Part shown: piece after piece, positions 50,889 through 61,108 of the stretch
How positions within the stretch are numbered: the stretch's first letter is position 1
Layout of the letters: the number at the start of each line of letters is the position of its first letter
Notes under the pieces: generated by a model
What the model was told of the DNA's origin: nothing
Seen by the model: only the letters and a program-made list of their open reading frames with translations
Database searches by the model: none
Made by a program: the position numbers and the translations under genes
Source: an uncultured Gammaproteobacteria bacterium
GTDB lineage: Bacteria > Pseudomonadota > Gammaproteobacteria > JACCXJ01
NCBI GenBank assembly: GCA_963764725.1
Contig: CAVXTM010000010.1
Span: 32,001 to 96,000 of the forward strand
DNA length: 64,000 nt
Reading direction: 5' to 3'

Positions 50889-51077
50889 CTACTTTTTGAG
50901 TCCGGCCTGTTCCAGTACATTGCTCAAAGTCCCGGGAGGCACATCGACGCTAGGCTTACCGGCAACGGTAACCATCCCTTGTTTGGTCGGATGGTGAAAT
51001 TGCCGGTGGCTTCCCTTCATGCGGACTTGATACCACCCATCCGATTTGAGCACGGCGATAAGCTCTTTGACCTTCAT
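50889..51077 (-). CDS. hicA: HicA family toxin
   Basis: DGWY.VR.KGSHRQFHHP...VTV...GTL. Confidence 0.9.
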   Translation of the reverse strand: MKVKELIAVLKSDGWYQVRMKGSHRQFHHPTKQGMVTVAGKPSVDVPPGTLSNVLEQAGLKK

Positions 51078-51110
51078 CCTTCATAGTCTACTACCGTGGC
51101 GCCGCAAGCT

Positions 51111-51193
51111 GCATAACGCTCAGATAAGCCACGCCCGCCACTAGTGATGAGGAGAATCCGCCCTCTGGCGTCGGGTTGAGCGCCGGTATGGGC
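51111..51193 (-). other. Degenerate attC site upstream of hicAB
   Basis: R' GTTATGC (51111-51117) complementary to GCATAAC overlapping the hicB stop (50661-50667). Confidence 0.65.
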
Positions 51194-51217
51194 CGCTGTG
51201 ATTCAGAGATGAAACAG

Positions 51218-51619
51218 TTACCACTGTTTTGCAGCAACTCGTATGGCATCCTGGATCTCTCGTACCGGATATCCCAACACGGTCCGCTCGCTACCCTCAC
51301 GATCCGTAAAAACCATTACGCTGCCGTCAAACCGATACTTCGCTTCCCACTCGACGGCAAAATTATCCAGCGTTTCTGTGATACCGGACGGCATCAGCTC
51401 TCCATCCCTGGCAAGACAGCGCGCCAAACAATCCTCAGGTTCGAGAGCCCAGGCGTCGCCTGTCGCCGTCGAGAAGAAAAGCAGAGGTCCCAGCGTGACC
51501 ACACGTGCGTTGTGTCGGGAAGCGCAATTGCCGATGTACTCCGCCTCGCGCTGAATACTGACCTGGCGGCCCGGCAGCCGAGTAGTCTTCCTGCGTTTCT
51601 TCACACAGACCCTCCTCAA
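51218..51619 (-). CDS. Hypothetical protein
   Basis: ORF with LLFFSTATGDAW.L motif, followed by attC; 5' end abuts a REP. Confidence 0.6.
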   Translation of the reverse strand: MRRVCVKKRRKTTRLPGRQVSIQREAEYIGNCASRHNARVVTLGPLLFFSTATGDAWALEPEDCLARCLARDGELMPSGITETLDNFAVEWEAKYRFDGSVMVFTDREGSERTVLGYPVREIQDAIRVAAKQW

Positions 51620-51630
51620 GTTCTAGCCCA

Positions 51631-51809
51631 AGGTGTTTGAAAACTGTCGAGCCCAGAAATGTAGGGTGGGTTCGGCATGCTGTTTATGCCGCAACCCACC
51701 GACTCGGCCCGCGTAGCGGGCCTCCTTTTCAAGCCGTCTTCCAAGGTGTCGGCCTGCGGCCGACGGGTTGGCGAGTTACGCCGCAAACAGCGCGGCGAAC
51801 CCACCCTAC
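51631..51809. repeat. GTAG-type REP doublet (REPIN-like), inverted copy of 29540-29701
   Basis: GTAGGGTGGG at 51661 ... CCCACCCTAC at 51809. Confidence 0.85.
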
Positions 51810-51863
51810 ATGTAATTCATCCTTCATAGTCTACTACCGTGGCGCTGCGAACCGTATAAACGC

Positions 51864-52133
51864 TTAAGTTGGGCGGCGCGGCGTTTTTTGCCGCATCCGT
51901 CTCGAACGCGATGTAAGATCTGCTGACAGCTGTGCAAGACCAAGAAGGGACCGCAGAGCGGTATTGACGGCGGTGGAATCGGGAAAGGCTTCTAATACGT
52001 CGGGGTCAAGGACTACAACGTTCGAGCCCTCCTTCAAAAGGCGCTTGTAGTACTTACCGCGTTCATCTTTGGAAAAATCTAAATCGTACTCAGGCCGCAG
52101 ATCGTCATCGAGTTCGTGGCTTTTGCGTTTCAT
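51864..52133 (-). CDS. BrnA-like antitoxin
   Basis: DDLRPEYD.DFS...RGKY...VVLDPDV...FPDS.AVN.ALR. Confidence 0.8.
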   Translation of the reverse strand: MKRKSHELDDDLRPEYDLDFSKDERGKYYKRLLKEGSNVVVLDPDVLEAFPDSTAVNTALRSLLGLAQLSADLTSRSRRMRQKTPRRPT

Positions 52134-52225
52134 ATTTTCGTCTTTCGCGAGGTGTGGCCATCCGCGCGATGATTATCCGGATCCCGTCGGCGCGATCTGT
52201 GTGTGTGATGACGAGCAGGTGATCG
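52105..52225 (-). pseudogene. BrnT-like toxin C-terminal fragment
   Basis: LLVITHTDRADGIRIIIARMATPRERRKYE; 5' part missing. Confidence 0.7.
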
Positions 52226-52258
52226 TGTGCGGAACAGCCATCTCCCCGAGCCCTCATT

Positions 52259-52868
52259 TTATCCCCACGGGTTGACCCTCAACCACCCTACCATGATCGT
52301 CGTGTAGTCGTTATAGATGAGCTCCTCTCGCTCGACGCCCACCTCTCTGAGCAGGGCCGGGAGCTCATCTAAGAAGACCCCGTACCGCTTCGCCATCTTC
52401 TTACCACCCGGTCGCATCACGTCCTTAGGAGCGAAGTGGCTGAGCCAATCTCGGACCGCCTTTATGGCCTTTGCGGGGTCATCAGCGTGCTCCTTTATAT
52501 CCTGGCCTGATATGTCCGAGAGGTAGGCTTGATAGCGAAACCCAGCACTAGACACCTCTTCTGGCGCTGACGCCCGCCACCAAACTTCCGTGCACCGAGG
52601 AAGATGCCAAGCTCCAAGGGCATGTTGAACCTCGGCAACCCTAAGGTCGTGTCCAACTCCGTTCGCGACACATCGTGGATACCGAGCCTGCATTCCGAGA
52701 TGATGCCGTAGATCTTCTAACCTGTGCGCTATCGTTTTCTTCCAGGGCGCATCGCGCCACGAAGCCGCAGTCGTGGATCGCGAAGATGATAGCGTCGAAG
52801 ATCGGTGCGTAGCTGGGGTCGAAGGGGCAATTGACGAAGACGTTCTGATCGTAAGCGCCTCTGGGCAT
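52259..52868 (-). pseudogene. TIR/nucleoside deoxyribosyltransferase-like hypothetical, frameshifted
   Basis: VFVNCPFD..Y...FDAIIF.IHDCGF..RCALE; LPRFNMPLELG and YQAYLSDISGQDI..H in other frames. Confidence 0.7.
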
Positions 52869-53233
52869 CGGCTACTTCTTCACCAGAGACGGCGCGCTCT
52901 TGTACGAATACGACTTCGCGCTAGCCGTGTCTTTCATGCGGCTTGCCTTCACGTTCTTCGCAGCGGTGAGAGCCTTGCTTCGGCTCACCGAGGCAACTTT
53001 GGTTGAGTTCTTGACAGTGCGGAGTGTCTTCGACATCTGGGTAATAGGTAATAGGGTGATAGCGGAAAAGCCTACTATATCATAGCAAGCCAAGCTGCTC
53101 ACTGGAGTGCTGCGCTTGGTTCCTCGGCCGGCCCGGCTTGCCCTTCGTCGCACGCCCGCGCCTTCCGGGCCGCGGGGTGATTTTTTTCACGCGGCGAGCG
53201 AAGCGAGGCAGGGACGTCCCCTGGCGCCGTAGG

Positions 53234-53489
53234 TTAGCAAGCTACCTTACCCGACGATACGCAGCGCGACATACGGAACGAGTTAAACAGAAGGATGCCG
53301 ATCTTATAAATCGCCATCCCTGCGTAATGGATGGCGTCGAATTGCTCAGCCGACAAACTAGACCACCGACCGTGGAACCGATGCATCCAGTCGTGAGCAA
53401 ACTTGAAGAATAGAAATCACCAAAGCAGCACGCCATAGTTGATGGCGGCACACCACAAAAAGGACATCACGTGCTATCTCGATGCTCAT
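53234..53489 (-). pseudogene. DUF6868-like small membrane protein with nonsense codon
   Basis: LLWC..INYGVLLW*FL....HDWMHRFHGRW..LS.EQFDAIHY.GMA.YKIGILLFN; ends at TGCTAAC (R''-like). Confidence 0.6.
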
Positions 53490-53559
53490 CGGGCATTCTC
53501 CAAGCAGTGCCTATTTTTAAATCACTCCGACCCCTAATCTCTGGGCGCATCGCAGCAGC

Positions 53560-54336
53560 CTATGCGTGCCAACGTTCAGGCCAACGCTTCCAGTCGAAGG
53601 AGTCGTTGTAGCCCGCAAGTGACATTGCAAACTCCTCCACCATGCGCTCGACGTCGGCCATTACGTTGCCAGCGCAGACTACGTTAACTATCGTTCCCCC
53701 CGTGCCAGGTCCGTCTGGCTCTGCGTGCGTACGGTGCCAAGAAAATCGCGAAGCTATAGCCTCCGCAAAGAACTCTTGCGGCGACTTGCCTCCGAATTGC
53801 TGTGGCGAATAGTACTGAGCTAGGTTGACAAGGATGCCTTGCAGCGCATCAATGTACTCGTGCGAAGCAATGACCATTCGCATAGTCACCCCGCTGTCCC
53901 ATTCGGGTTGGGCGTGCTTTCGCAGTTCGGCGCGGAAGGTCGGAAGGGAATTAATGTAAGCGAGCGGAGCTTCCCGAGGTACAAATGCCTGGGCATCTGC
54001 GATGGGATCCTTCACCGGTGGCCCGACTTGCCGCTTCACCGCTTGCTCATCTGCCTTCGCCCGGCGAGCTTTGACTCGCTCAAACCATTCATCTCTATAG
54101 CGAGTCACGAGTGCAGCGTTCAGCTTGCGGCCAAACCCACCTTGCAGTTGGGTGTCGTTATGGCACTCCAAGCAAAGAACTGCGAGATTGACCTCCACGT
54201 TGTTGCTTGGTTCTTCATCGATGTGGTGAAGCTGTAAAGCTTTGCCGCGTTCTCGACACACACAGCAAGTGCTGTCGGATGCAAACATCACCTCGGCGGC
54301 GAGGTCAACAGGAATGCCGGTGCGAACCTTCGCCAT
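53560..54336 (-). CDS. HNH endonuclease domain protein (cassette)
   Basis: CCVC...LHHIDEEPSNN...NLAVLCLECH; preceded by a shortened attC (54351-54402). Confidence 0.8.
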   Translation of the reverse strand: MAKVRTGIPVDLAAEVMFASDSTCCVCRERGKALQLHHIDEEPSNNVEVNLAVLCLECHNDTQLQGGFGRKLNAALVTRYRDEWFERVKARRAKADEQAVKRQVGPPVKDPIADAQAFVPREAPLAYINSLPTFRAELRKHAQPEWDSGVTMRMVIASHEYIDALQGILVNLAQYYSPQQFGGKSPQEFFAEAIASRFSWHRTHAEPDGPGTGGTIVNVVCAGNVMADVERMVEEFAMSLAGYNDSFDWKRWPERWHA

Positions 54337-54403
54337 GACGACTGTTGCGCTCTAAACGACCAAGATCACCGGGCGCGACGATAGAAGCGTCCGGTGTTAG
54401 GGA

Positions 54404-55103
54404 TCATGCTTCTTCGTCAACTGCTTCAGATCTACTCCGACACCGCCTATGCTCGGTTTGATAAATACACTTTCTTTTATTCGCTCCCAGACAGTCTTAT
54501 TACCGATTTCCTTTATGCCACTAGCCAGCATTCGTTCTACCATTTCTGAAAAATGACCGAGCTGCGTAATTGTATACTTTTGGATAAAGACACAGTTTTG
54601 TATTTTCCGTGCTACTGCCCGAATCTCCGTAACTAGTGTACTGCTTCATTCTTTTTAGGACTTATGATTCCAGGCGTGGAATCCTTGTGCTGCAACGCTT
54701 TCCGAGGAACAGGAATACGCAAAAAGGACCTTGGTACGGCCAACGACAAGTTCCATTTATTACGAAGCACTACACTAGATCCTGCCTAGAAGTATTGGAA
54801 AACAAGATAATCGGTACGTCCTTATATGTTCTTCTTATGTCGCGGCCTAGACGTAATCCTGTTAGCTGGAAGTTTTCGGTAAGTTCCCTAGAGTACGCAT
54901 GCTTAGAAGGGAGCATTATGTTAACAACAAACAGATCGACTCGTCTTTTTGTTTCAACGAAATCCAGGCACTGGTCAGCATCTGTAAACATGGTTACAGA
55001 AAGCCCACGTAATTCTAACTCAGAAACGAGTGGGCGTAGTTGAATCTCATCCTCGTTCAACAATTACGACGCGAAGAGCATCGTGCTTTTCTGGTACGTT
55101 CAT
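54404..55103 (-). pseudogene. Receiver-domain-containing cassette gene, frameshifted
   Basis: LRVVIV, DLFVVNIML, PIILFS; AT-rich; bounded by GTTAGGG (55122-55128) and CCCTAAC (54396-54402). Confidence 0.6.
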
Positions 55104-55146
55104 TTAGCGTCCTCAACCAACCCCTAACGCTACCGGGGATGGGTTA

Positions 55147-55256
55147 GGGGTCAAGTCTCCCATCTTGTATACAGCGCCTCTAAGATCCATTCCCGCCCTA
55201 TGGCGAGGCCCTTAAGAATCGAATTAGAGGTCTGTCGCTACGTTGGCCTTGACCCC
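55147..55256 (+). mobile_element. Internally deleted miniature RAYT-like element
   Basis: Terminal IR GGGGTCAAG / CTTGACCCC; contains ATG MARPLRIE; homologous to 16730-16804. Confidence 0.75.
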
Positions 55257-55264
55257 GAGCGCGC

Positions 55265-58200
55265 CTATGACACAGGCTGCGCGGGGGTCTCGGCGATGCG
55301 CGGGCGGATCGGTCGCCATAAGCCGTGGGTCGAGTAACAGCCCCATCCCCAGCGCAACCATCCGAGCAGGGCATAGGCGAGCCACAGTGCCCACGCCAGC
55401 ATCAGTAGCCGGTAGGCGCTGAGCGGCACCGACCACACCTCGGCCTGCGGTAAGGCCGGATCGCTGCGGTCCTGATACCAATTGAGATCATAGGCGGTCG
55501 AGCCGTTGCCGGCGACCTGCATCTCCGGATATCCCAGCAAGCCGTTTTGGATCGCATCGAAAAGGCAGGACAAGGCCACCACTGTAAGCAAGCCCAGGCC
55601 AAGCTGGAGGGCGTCGAAAGCGTAGGGTTTGATGGCGGGATTCAGGCGCGCGCGCGCACCGAGGGCGAGCAGCCAACCCACCACGATGAGCGCCGCCCAG
55701 ATGGGAGCTTGGCTGAGCCCAATTCCGAGCAAGAACCAATGCCAGCCCTTGAGCGGGGTGATCCGCGTGCGCCCGAGCCCGTAAGCCACGAGCACGAGCA
55801 CCGCCAGCACGCCCCAAATGAGCACCGCGGGCCCGAGGCGCGGCCCCTGGCTCAGGAGCAGCCAGCGGTCGTTGCCCAAGGTGATCTTGAGATAATGATT
55901 GACGCTCGGCAGGCCGAGATCGACCGCGGGCGATAGGAACCGCGTCTGCATCCCGCGCGGCTCGCGCCACAGGAGTTGAAAATGTTGCGTCCCCGGCACC
56001 ACCGGCAAGGTGACCCGGCGGTCTTGCTGGCGGATCGGCTGGGCGGCGCCGCCGATGGTGACCTGTTGCAGGCGGGCGGTTTCTGGCAAGGTGAGCGTGT
56101 GCTGGCCCCCTTGGCTGCTCTCGAGAGTGAGGTCCAAGGTGGCATCGATCGCGCGTTCCCCCGCGCTGACCGTCAAGCGGCTGTTCTGCATCGTCAGGGT
56201 CGGGCCGGAGACACCCGCGGGTCTAGAAATATCCAGCGTGACCGATTCGCCCGGCCAAGGGCGCCATTCCGGCAGCCAGCGGCCGCTCGGATCCTGATGG
56301 TGCACGACCGCGATGCCTTGAACCTTCATGTGCCAGATCGGACTCACGTCCGCGCGCCATACCTCGACCCACTGCGTGGTCTCCGGCGCGGTCAGGCCGA
56401 TGGCGGGCGCATGCTCCAGCACGGAGTCCCAGCGTACCGACGCCTGCTGTGCGTCCAGGCTCACCAGCACCTTCTTGTCCTTCACCCGCACGCTGGGGGT
56501 GGTTACCGATTCGCCCGCGAGCAGTGGAACTTCGATGACCACCGGCTCGAGCGTTGGAGAGATGCGCGTCACGGTAGTCTCGGCGCGCCAATCGAGTCCT
56601 AGCCGTAAGGTGCGCTCGACCCGTGCGAACGAGGGCAGGGGTCCCGGTTCCAAGACCGGAAGATCGTCCGTGCCCGCGGTGCGGGTGAGTTGGATCTGGG
56701 CGTCGGGGACGCCGTTCTCATGCACTCCATCGACACGCCAGCCCTCGGCGCGCACCTCGACGCGGTGCGGCCTCAAGGGTAGCGGCAATTGCAGTTGCGG
56801 GCGCGGCGGTAGGGATCCCGAGAGCAGAAGCTCATGGCGTCCGGGTTCCAGGTGCACCCAGATCTCGCCACCCTCGGTGCGCGCCAGATCCGTGGCCGGC
56901 TGGGAATCGACCAAGATCTCTTGCGGCAGCCATTGACCGGCCTGGGTGGGCAGAGGCACGGATACGGACGCCGCGGCGTGGATCTCGATGCGCAACCGCA
57001 TCGCCGTGGGCGTAATTTCCGCATAGAGTCGCGGGCTTTGGGCGCAGTTGGGCAGGCACTCCGGCGGGGCCAGCAGACGCTGGCGGAGTTGTTCGAGGAG
57101 CTTGGCGCTCGGGTACTCGGCGCGCGCCTCGGGCACAGGTGCGAAAAGGTAAGCAAGCACCAAGAGCACCGAGGTCTTAGCCATCGGTGCGCCGGCGCCC
57201 CAGGTGGTCGCGAACGGCACTATCATCCGTGCGCACAGCACCAGGAGCAGGATCACGCGCGCGAGGCTCAAGCCTAGGTTCATCGCGGGTGAGAGGAGCA
57301 CCAGCCGCACCTCCTGGCCGCGTTCCACCGGACCGTTCCAGCGCAGCGCTACCTCGTTCCAGCGCCATTCGGGCCGGCCCGGCCCGGTCTGGACGCGAGC
57401 CTTGGGGTCTACTTCGCCCAAGACACCCACCCGCGCCGTTGGTATTGGCGCGTCAGCCTCTGCCATTAATCGCCGCGCCCTCCTATCCGCTTTCTGTTCG
57501 GCACGTTCTCTCATTTCCTCTACGCTTATGGGCGCATCCAAGCGGTCCTCCCTGCCGCCGGCCACCCCTTCCATGGGCTGGCTAAGGGTGGCCGCCTCGG
57601 GCGGGGCGGCCGGTGAAACCTCCATCACCGGCTGCACAGGCCCGGGTCGCTCGAGCTGCGGATAGAGGCCGAGGCGCACTTGTTCGATCGCGAACGGGAT
57701 CGCGATCAGGAGCAAGATCGCGGCGCTCACGTTTCGGTAGGCGCGTGCCAGAGCGAGGAAGCGGCCTGCGGGTAGCACGCGCACCAAGGCGTTCGCGGCC
57801 AGCAGATGGAGCCAGATGAACTGTGGCGCATCGGCTTCGTGCCAGATAAGCGCGAGCCCGGCGAGCATCGCGAGTCCCCAGCGCCAATTCCACAGCCGGG
57901 CCGTCGCCAAGGCGGCGATCATGACCAAGAAGAGATCGAGCAGGGTCCAGCGTTCGACCCAACTCGCGGTCACATCGTCGTGGCCCGCGGCCGCGAACAA
58001 CCGCCACCCTGGAGGCAGATGGAGGGTCGCTTGGAGCGACTGGACGTCTTGGTTCCAACCCACTGCGGGGAAGCGGTCCACATCGCCCTCATAGCGGCTG
58101 TCGGCATCGAGATTCAACGCGCCGCGCCGGACTTCGACGCCGGGCCGGTTGGAGTCGGGGAGGGTGGTAATGAATTGCGGGACAGCGTCGATCGCGACTC

Positions 58201-59362
58201 GTCCGAGGTGTAATTGGTCGCCGGCCTCGAGCCGCCAACCGTGCGTCATCGTTCCGGTCACGAGATCGCGGACCGTATACCCGCTCCCCTCCATGTCAAG
58301 CCACAGATGGCGCACCAGGCCCAAGCGGTCGGGGGCCGGATCGGGATCGCCCCGCCGCACCACCTTGAATTCCATGACATCCTTCGGGCCCACACGGTAG
58401 GCGGGCAAAGATTGCCACTCGGGGGGCACGTTGGTCTGGCGCGGATCGATGGCCGTCACGCCTTGGATCTCGACCAGCCGCAGGTGATTGCGGGCATCGA
58501 ATACCCAGATCTCCGTCTGCGGCCAAGGGTCGGTTGGAGACGCCGCGTGCAGCGCGGTCACCTCGCCGGGGGCGCGCGCGCTCAACTCCACCGCCCAGTG
58601 CCCCGGACGCAGTTGCAATCGCAAGCGGCCATCGGGCTCGAGACGCGCGGGCAAGGCGCTCGAAAGGCCCAGGGGAATGAGCTCGGGCAGGAGCGCATTG
58701 CTTAGCATCACTTCGCGAGGCTCGCCGGCGACATCGATCTCAAGCCGGGTGAGAAGCTCAAGCGGCACCTCGTCGATGATGCGCCGGAACACCTGGATCT
58801 CCAGTCGCTCTTCGAGCGCGGTTTTTCCCGGCCGTTGCTTCAACCAGAGCTCGCCATCGGGGCGGATATCAGGCCAGCTTACGGCTGTCTCATCGACGAT
58901 GAGTGACACCAAAGCGGTATCGGGTGGTACATACAGGGTTTCGGGCAGGCGTTCCCAGCGCCACCGGCCGGTGATCTGATACCGTCCCGGCGGCAGCGAC
59001 ATGCCGGGTTTTCCCTCGCGCTCGATCACGGCAGCAGGTTGCCCGTCCACCAGCACCTCTTGGGGCCAGCGCTCCAGATCTCCCGGCAACCCGATCCAGC
59101 TTTCGCGGTAGACGCGCCAGAACTGGATAAACTCCCCCTCGCCCTGGTCGATCTTGAGCACCAGCCGCGATGGCCAGGCGCAGCGCCGCGCTGCGGGCTG
59201 GTTATAGATGAACGGGCACTCGCGATCGCGCTCTTCGAACAGCACCCACGGTACCCAGGGGGCGAGGCTAGGCGGGATCTCGTTGTCCCGAAGCGGGCGC
59301 GCCTCGGTGCCGAGGCTCTGGCAAAGCAAACTGAATAAGACCAACACGACTCGGATATGCAT
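55265..59362 (-). CDS. Large (~1365 aa) membrane protein of unknown function with internal duplication
   Basis: Signal peptide MHIRVVLV...; two beta-rich extracytoplasmic regions each followed by TM bundles. Confidence 0.85.
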   Translation of the reverse strand: MHIRVVLVLFSLLCQSLGTEARPLRDNEIPPSLAPWVPWVLFEERDRECPFIYNQPAARRCAWPSRLVLKIDQGEGEFIQFWRVYRESWIGLPGDLERWPQEVLVDGQPAAVIEREGKPGMSLPPGRYQITGRWRWERLPETLYVPPDTALVSLIVDETAVSWPDIRPDGELWLKQRPGKTALEERLEIQVFRRIIDEVPLELLTRLEIDVAGEPREVMLSNALLPELIPLGLSSALPARLEPDGRLRLQLRPGHWAVELSARAPGEVTALHAASPTDPWPQTEIWVFDARNHLRLVEIQGVTAIDPRQTNVPPEWQSLPAYRVGPKDVMEFKVVRRGDPDPAPDRLGLVRHLWLDMEGSGYTVRDLVTGTMTHGWRLEAGDQLHLGRVAIDAVPQFITTLPDSNRPGVEVRRGALNLDADSRYEGDVDRFPAVGWNQDVQSLQATLHLPPGWRLFAAAGHDDVTASWVERWTLLDLFLVMIAALATARLWNWRWGLAMLAGLALIWHEADAPQFIWLHLLAANALVRVLPAGRFLALARAYRNVSAAILLLIAIPFAIEQVRLGLYPQLERPGPVQPVMEVSPAAPPEAATLSQPMEGVAGGREDRLDAPISVEEMRERAEQKADRRARRLMAEADAPIPTARVGVLGEVDPKARVQTGPGRPEWRWNEVALRWNGPVERGQEVRLVLLSPAMNLGLSLARVILLLVLCARMIVPFATTWGAGAPMAKTSVLLVLAYLFAPVPEARAEYPSAKLLEQLRQRLLAPPECLPNCAQSPRLYAEITPTAMRLRIEIHAAASVSVPLPTQAGQWLPQEILVDSQPATDLARTEGGEIWVHLEPGRHELLLSGSLPPRPQLQLPLPLRPHRVEVRAEGWRVDGVHENGVPDAQIQLTRTAGTDDLPVLEPGPLPSFARVERTLRLGLDWRAETTVTRISPTLEPVVIEVPLLAGESVTTPSVRVKDKKVLVSLDAQQASVRWDSVLEHAPAIGLTAPETTQWVEVWRADVSPIWHMKVQGIAVVHHQDPSGRWLPEWRPWPGESVTLDISRPAGVSGPTLTMQNSRLTVSAGERAIDATLDLTLESSQGGQHTLTLPETARLQQVTIGGAAQPIRQQDRRVTLPVVPGTQHFQLLWREPRGMQTRFLSPAVDLGLPSVNHYLKITLGNDRWLLLSQGPRLGPAVLIWGVLAVLVLVAYGLGRTRITPLKGWHWFLLGIGLSQAPIWAALIVVGWLLALGARARLNPAIKPYAFDALQLGLGLLTVVALSCLFDAIQNGLLGYPEMQVAGNGSTAYDLNWYQDRSDPALPQAEVWSVPLSAYRLLMLAWALWLAYALLGWLRWGWGCYSTHGLWRPIRPRIAETPAQPVS

Positions 59363-59551
59363 AGTGCTATTCGCCAACGCGAGATGTTGATTATGGTTAA
59401 TGATAAAACAGAATCTGGTCAAATTCAGGCCGGGGCTTGAATCCATGAATGCGCGACCCCGGTAACCCGACGGCAGTCGGAACTTGATGACCTGGCTGCG
59501 CATTCGCACGCGCCATTTGCATCGATTCTTCTCCGCCGGTAAACTTCCTCG

Positions 59552-61108
59552 GTGCCCTTCACAATAAGACAACGCATCGGGCTCGTCCTGGGGCCGGTCC
59601 TGTTCTTGGCCTTGGGATTAACAGCCGAGGGGCTCGGTGTTCCCGCCCGATGGACGGCGGCGGCGGTGGCCTGGATGGTGATCTGGTGGATCACGGAGCC
59701 CGTGCCGCTGTGGCTCACGGCCTGTATTCCTCTGGTGGTCTTTCCTCTGAGCGGCACGGCGCCGCTGCCCGCGGTGCTGTTGCAGTACGTCGATCCGATC
59801 AATTTCCTGTTTCTCGGCGGCATGATGATCGCGGCCTGCATGCAGCAATGGGGCTTGCATCGGCGGATTGCGCTCGCGATCATCGCACGCGTCGGCAGCA
59901 GCCCGGCGCGCATCGTCCTGGGGTTTATGCTGGCCACGGGATTTATCAGCCTCTGGATCTCGAACACGGCCGCCACCATGATGATGTTCCCGATCGCCAT
60001 GGCCGTGCTGCTCAATTTCGAAGAGACCCTCGGGCGCAACGATCCGGCACTGCGGCGCTTCGGCCTTGCGTTGATGCTTGGTGTGGCCTATGCGGCGAGC
60101 ATCGGGGGCATGGGCACCAAGATCGGCACGGCGCCGAATCTGGTGTTCGTCAAACAGGCTGAGATGCACCTCGGCCATGATGTGGATTTCGTCACTTGGC
60201 TCAAGGTCGGATTGCCGGTGGTGCTGGTGGCGCTGCCGCTGGTGTGGCTGTACCTGGTTCGCTGGGCGGTCCCGGTGCAGCGGACGGAATTGGTCGGTAA
60301 CGCCGCGGAGGTGATCTCCGAAGCCCGCATGCGTCTCGGCCCGATGAAGGCGGGGGAATATGTTGCTCTCATCGGGTTTCTGCTCGCGGCGTTCCTTTGG
60401 ATTTTTCGTAAGGATATCGATCTCGGATCCATCACCATCCCGGGTTGGTGGGGGTGGGTTTCCTTCGGATGGGAGGATTGGATCGGGCGCCCGATCGACA
60501 CTCTCCCGGCACCGCTTGCGCGGCTCTTGCGCCAGGACGTGGGCGATGCGGCCGTGGCCATGGGGATCGGGATCATGCTGCTTCTTATCCCCGTGTCTAT
60601 ACGCCCTTTGCGGTTTGGCTTGGCGCTGCGGCAGATGCGAACGGTGCATTGGGGTCTTCTGGTCTTGCTCGGGGGCGGTTTTGCGATGGCCTACGGTATG
60701 CAGGAAAGCGGACTCTCAGGATGGTTCGCGGGTCTCTTGAAAGACGCGGATCCTGCCTCGCCGCTGGTGGTATTTCTAATCGTGTGCCTCCTCACTACGG
60801 CCCTGACGGAGGTGGCCTCCAACACTGCGACGGCCAACGTGCTGTTGCCGATCCTCGCCGCGAGCGCGCCGAGTTTCGGGCTTCACCCCGCACCCTTGAT
60901 GTTTGCCGCGACCCTCGCGGCATCCTTGGGGTTCATGCTGCCGGCCGGGACGCCACCGAACGCGATCGTCTACGCGAGCGGCTATATCACCGTCGCACAA
61001 ATGGCGCGGAGCGGTATTCTCATCGACCTCACCGGTGCGCTCTTCATCGGAGCTCTGTGCTACTTCCTCGCGCCGTGGGCGCTGGGAGTGACCGGACTTA
61101 GCGGTTAG
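59552..61108 (+). CDS. SLC13/DASS family di/tricarboxylate or sulfate transporter
   Basis: WWITEPVP, SLWISNTA, GTAPN, TEVASNTA, FMLPAGTPPNAIV. Confidence 0.92.
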   Translation: MPFTIRQRIGLVLGPVLFLALGLTAEGLGVPARWTAAAVAWMVIWWITEPVPLWLTACIPLVVFPLSGTAPLPAVLLQYVDPINFLFLGGMMIAACMQQWGLHRRIALAIIARVGSSPARIVLGFMLATGFISLWISNTAATMMMFPIAMAVLLNFEETLGRNDPALRRFGLALMLGVAYAASIGGMGTKIGTAPNLVFVKQAEMHLGHDVDFVTWLKVGLPVVLVALPLVWLYLVRWAVPVQRTELVGNAAEVISEARMRLGPMKAGEYVALIGFLLAAFLWIFRKDIDLGSITIPGWWGWVSFGWEDWIGRPIDTLPAPLARLLRQDVGDAAVAMGIGIMLLLIPVSIRPLRFGLALRQMRTVHWGLLVLLGGGFAMAYGMQESGLSGWFAGLLKDADPASPLVVFLIVCLLTTALTEVASNTATANVLLPILAASAPSFGLHPAPLMFAATLAASLGFMLPAGTPPNAIVYASGYITVAQMARSGILIDLTGALFIGALCYFLAPWALGVTGLSG

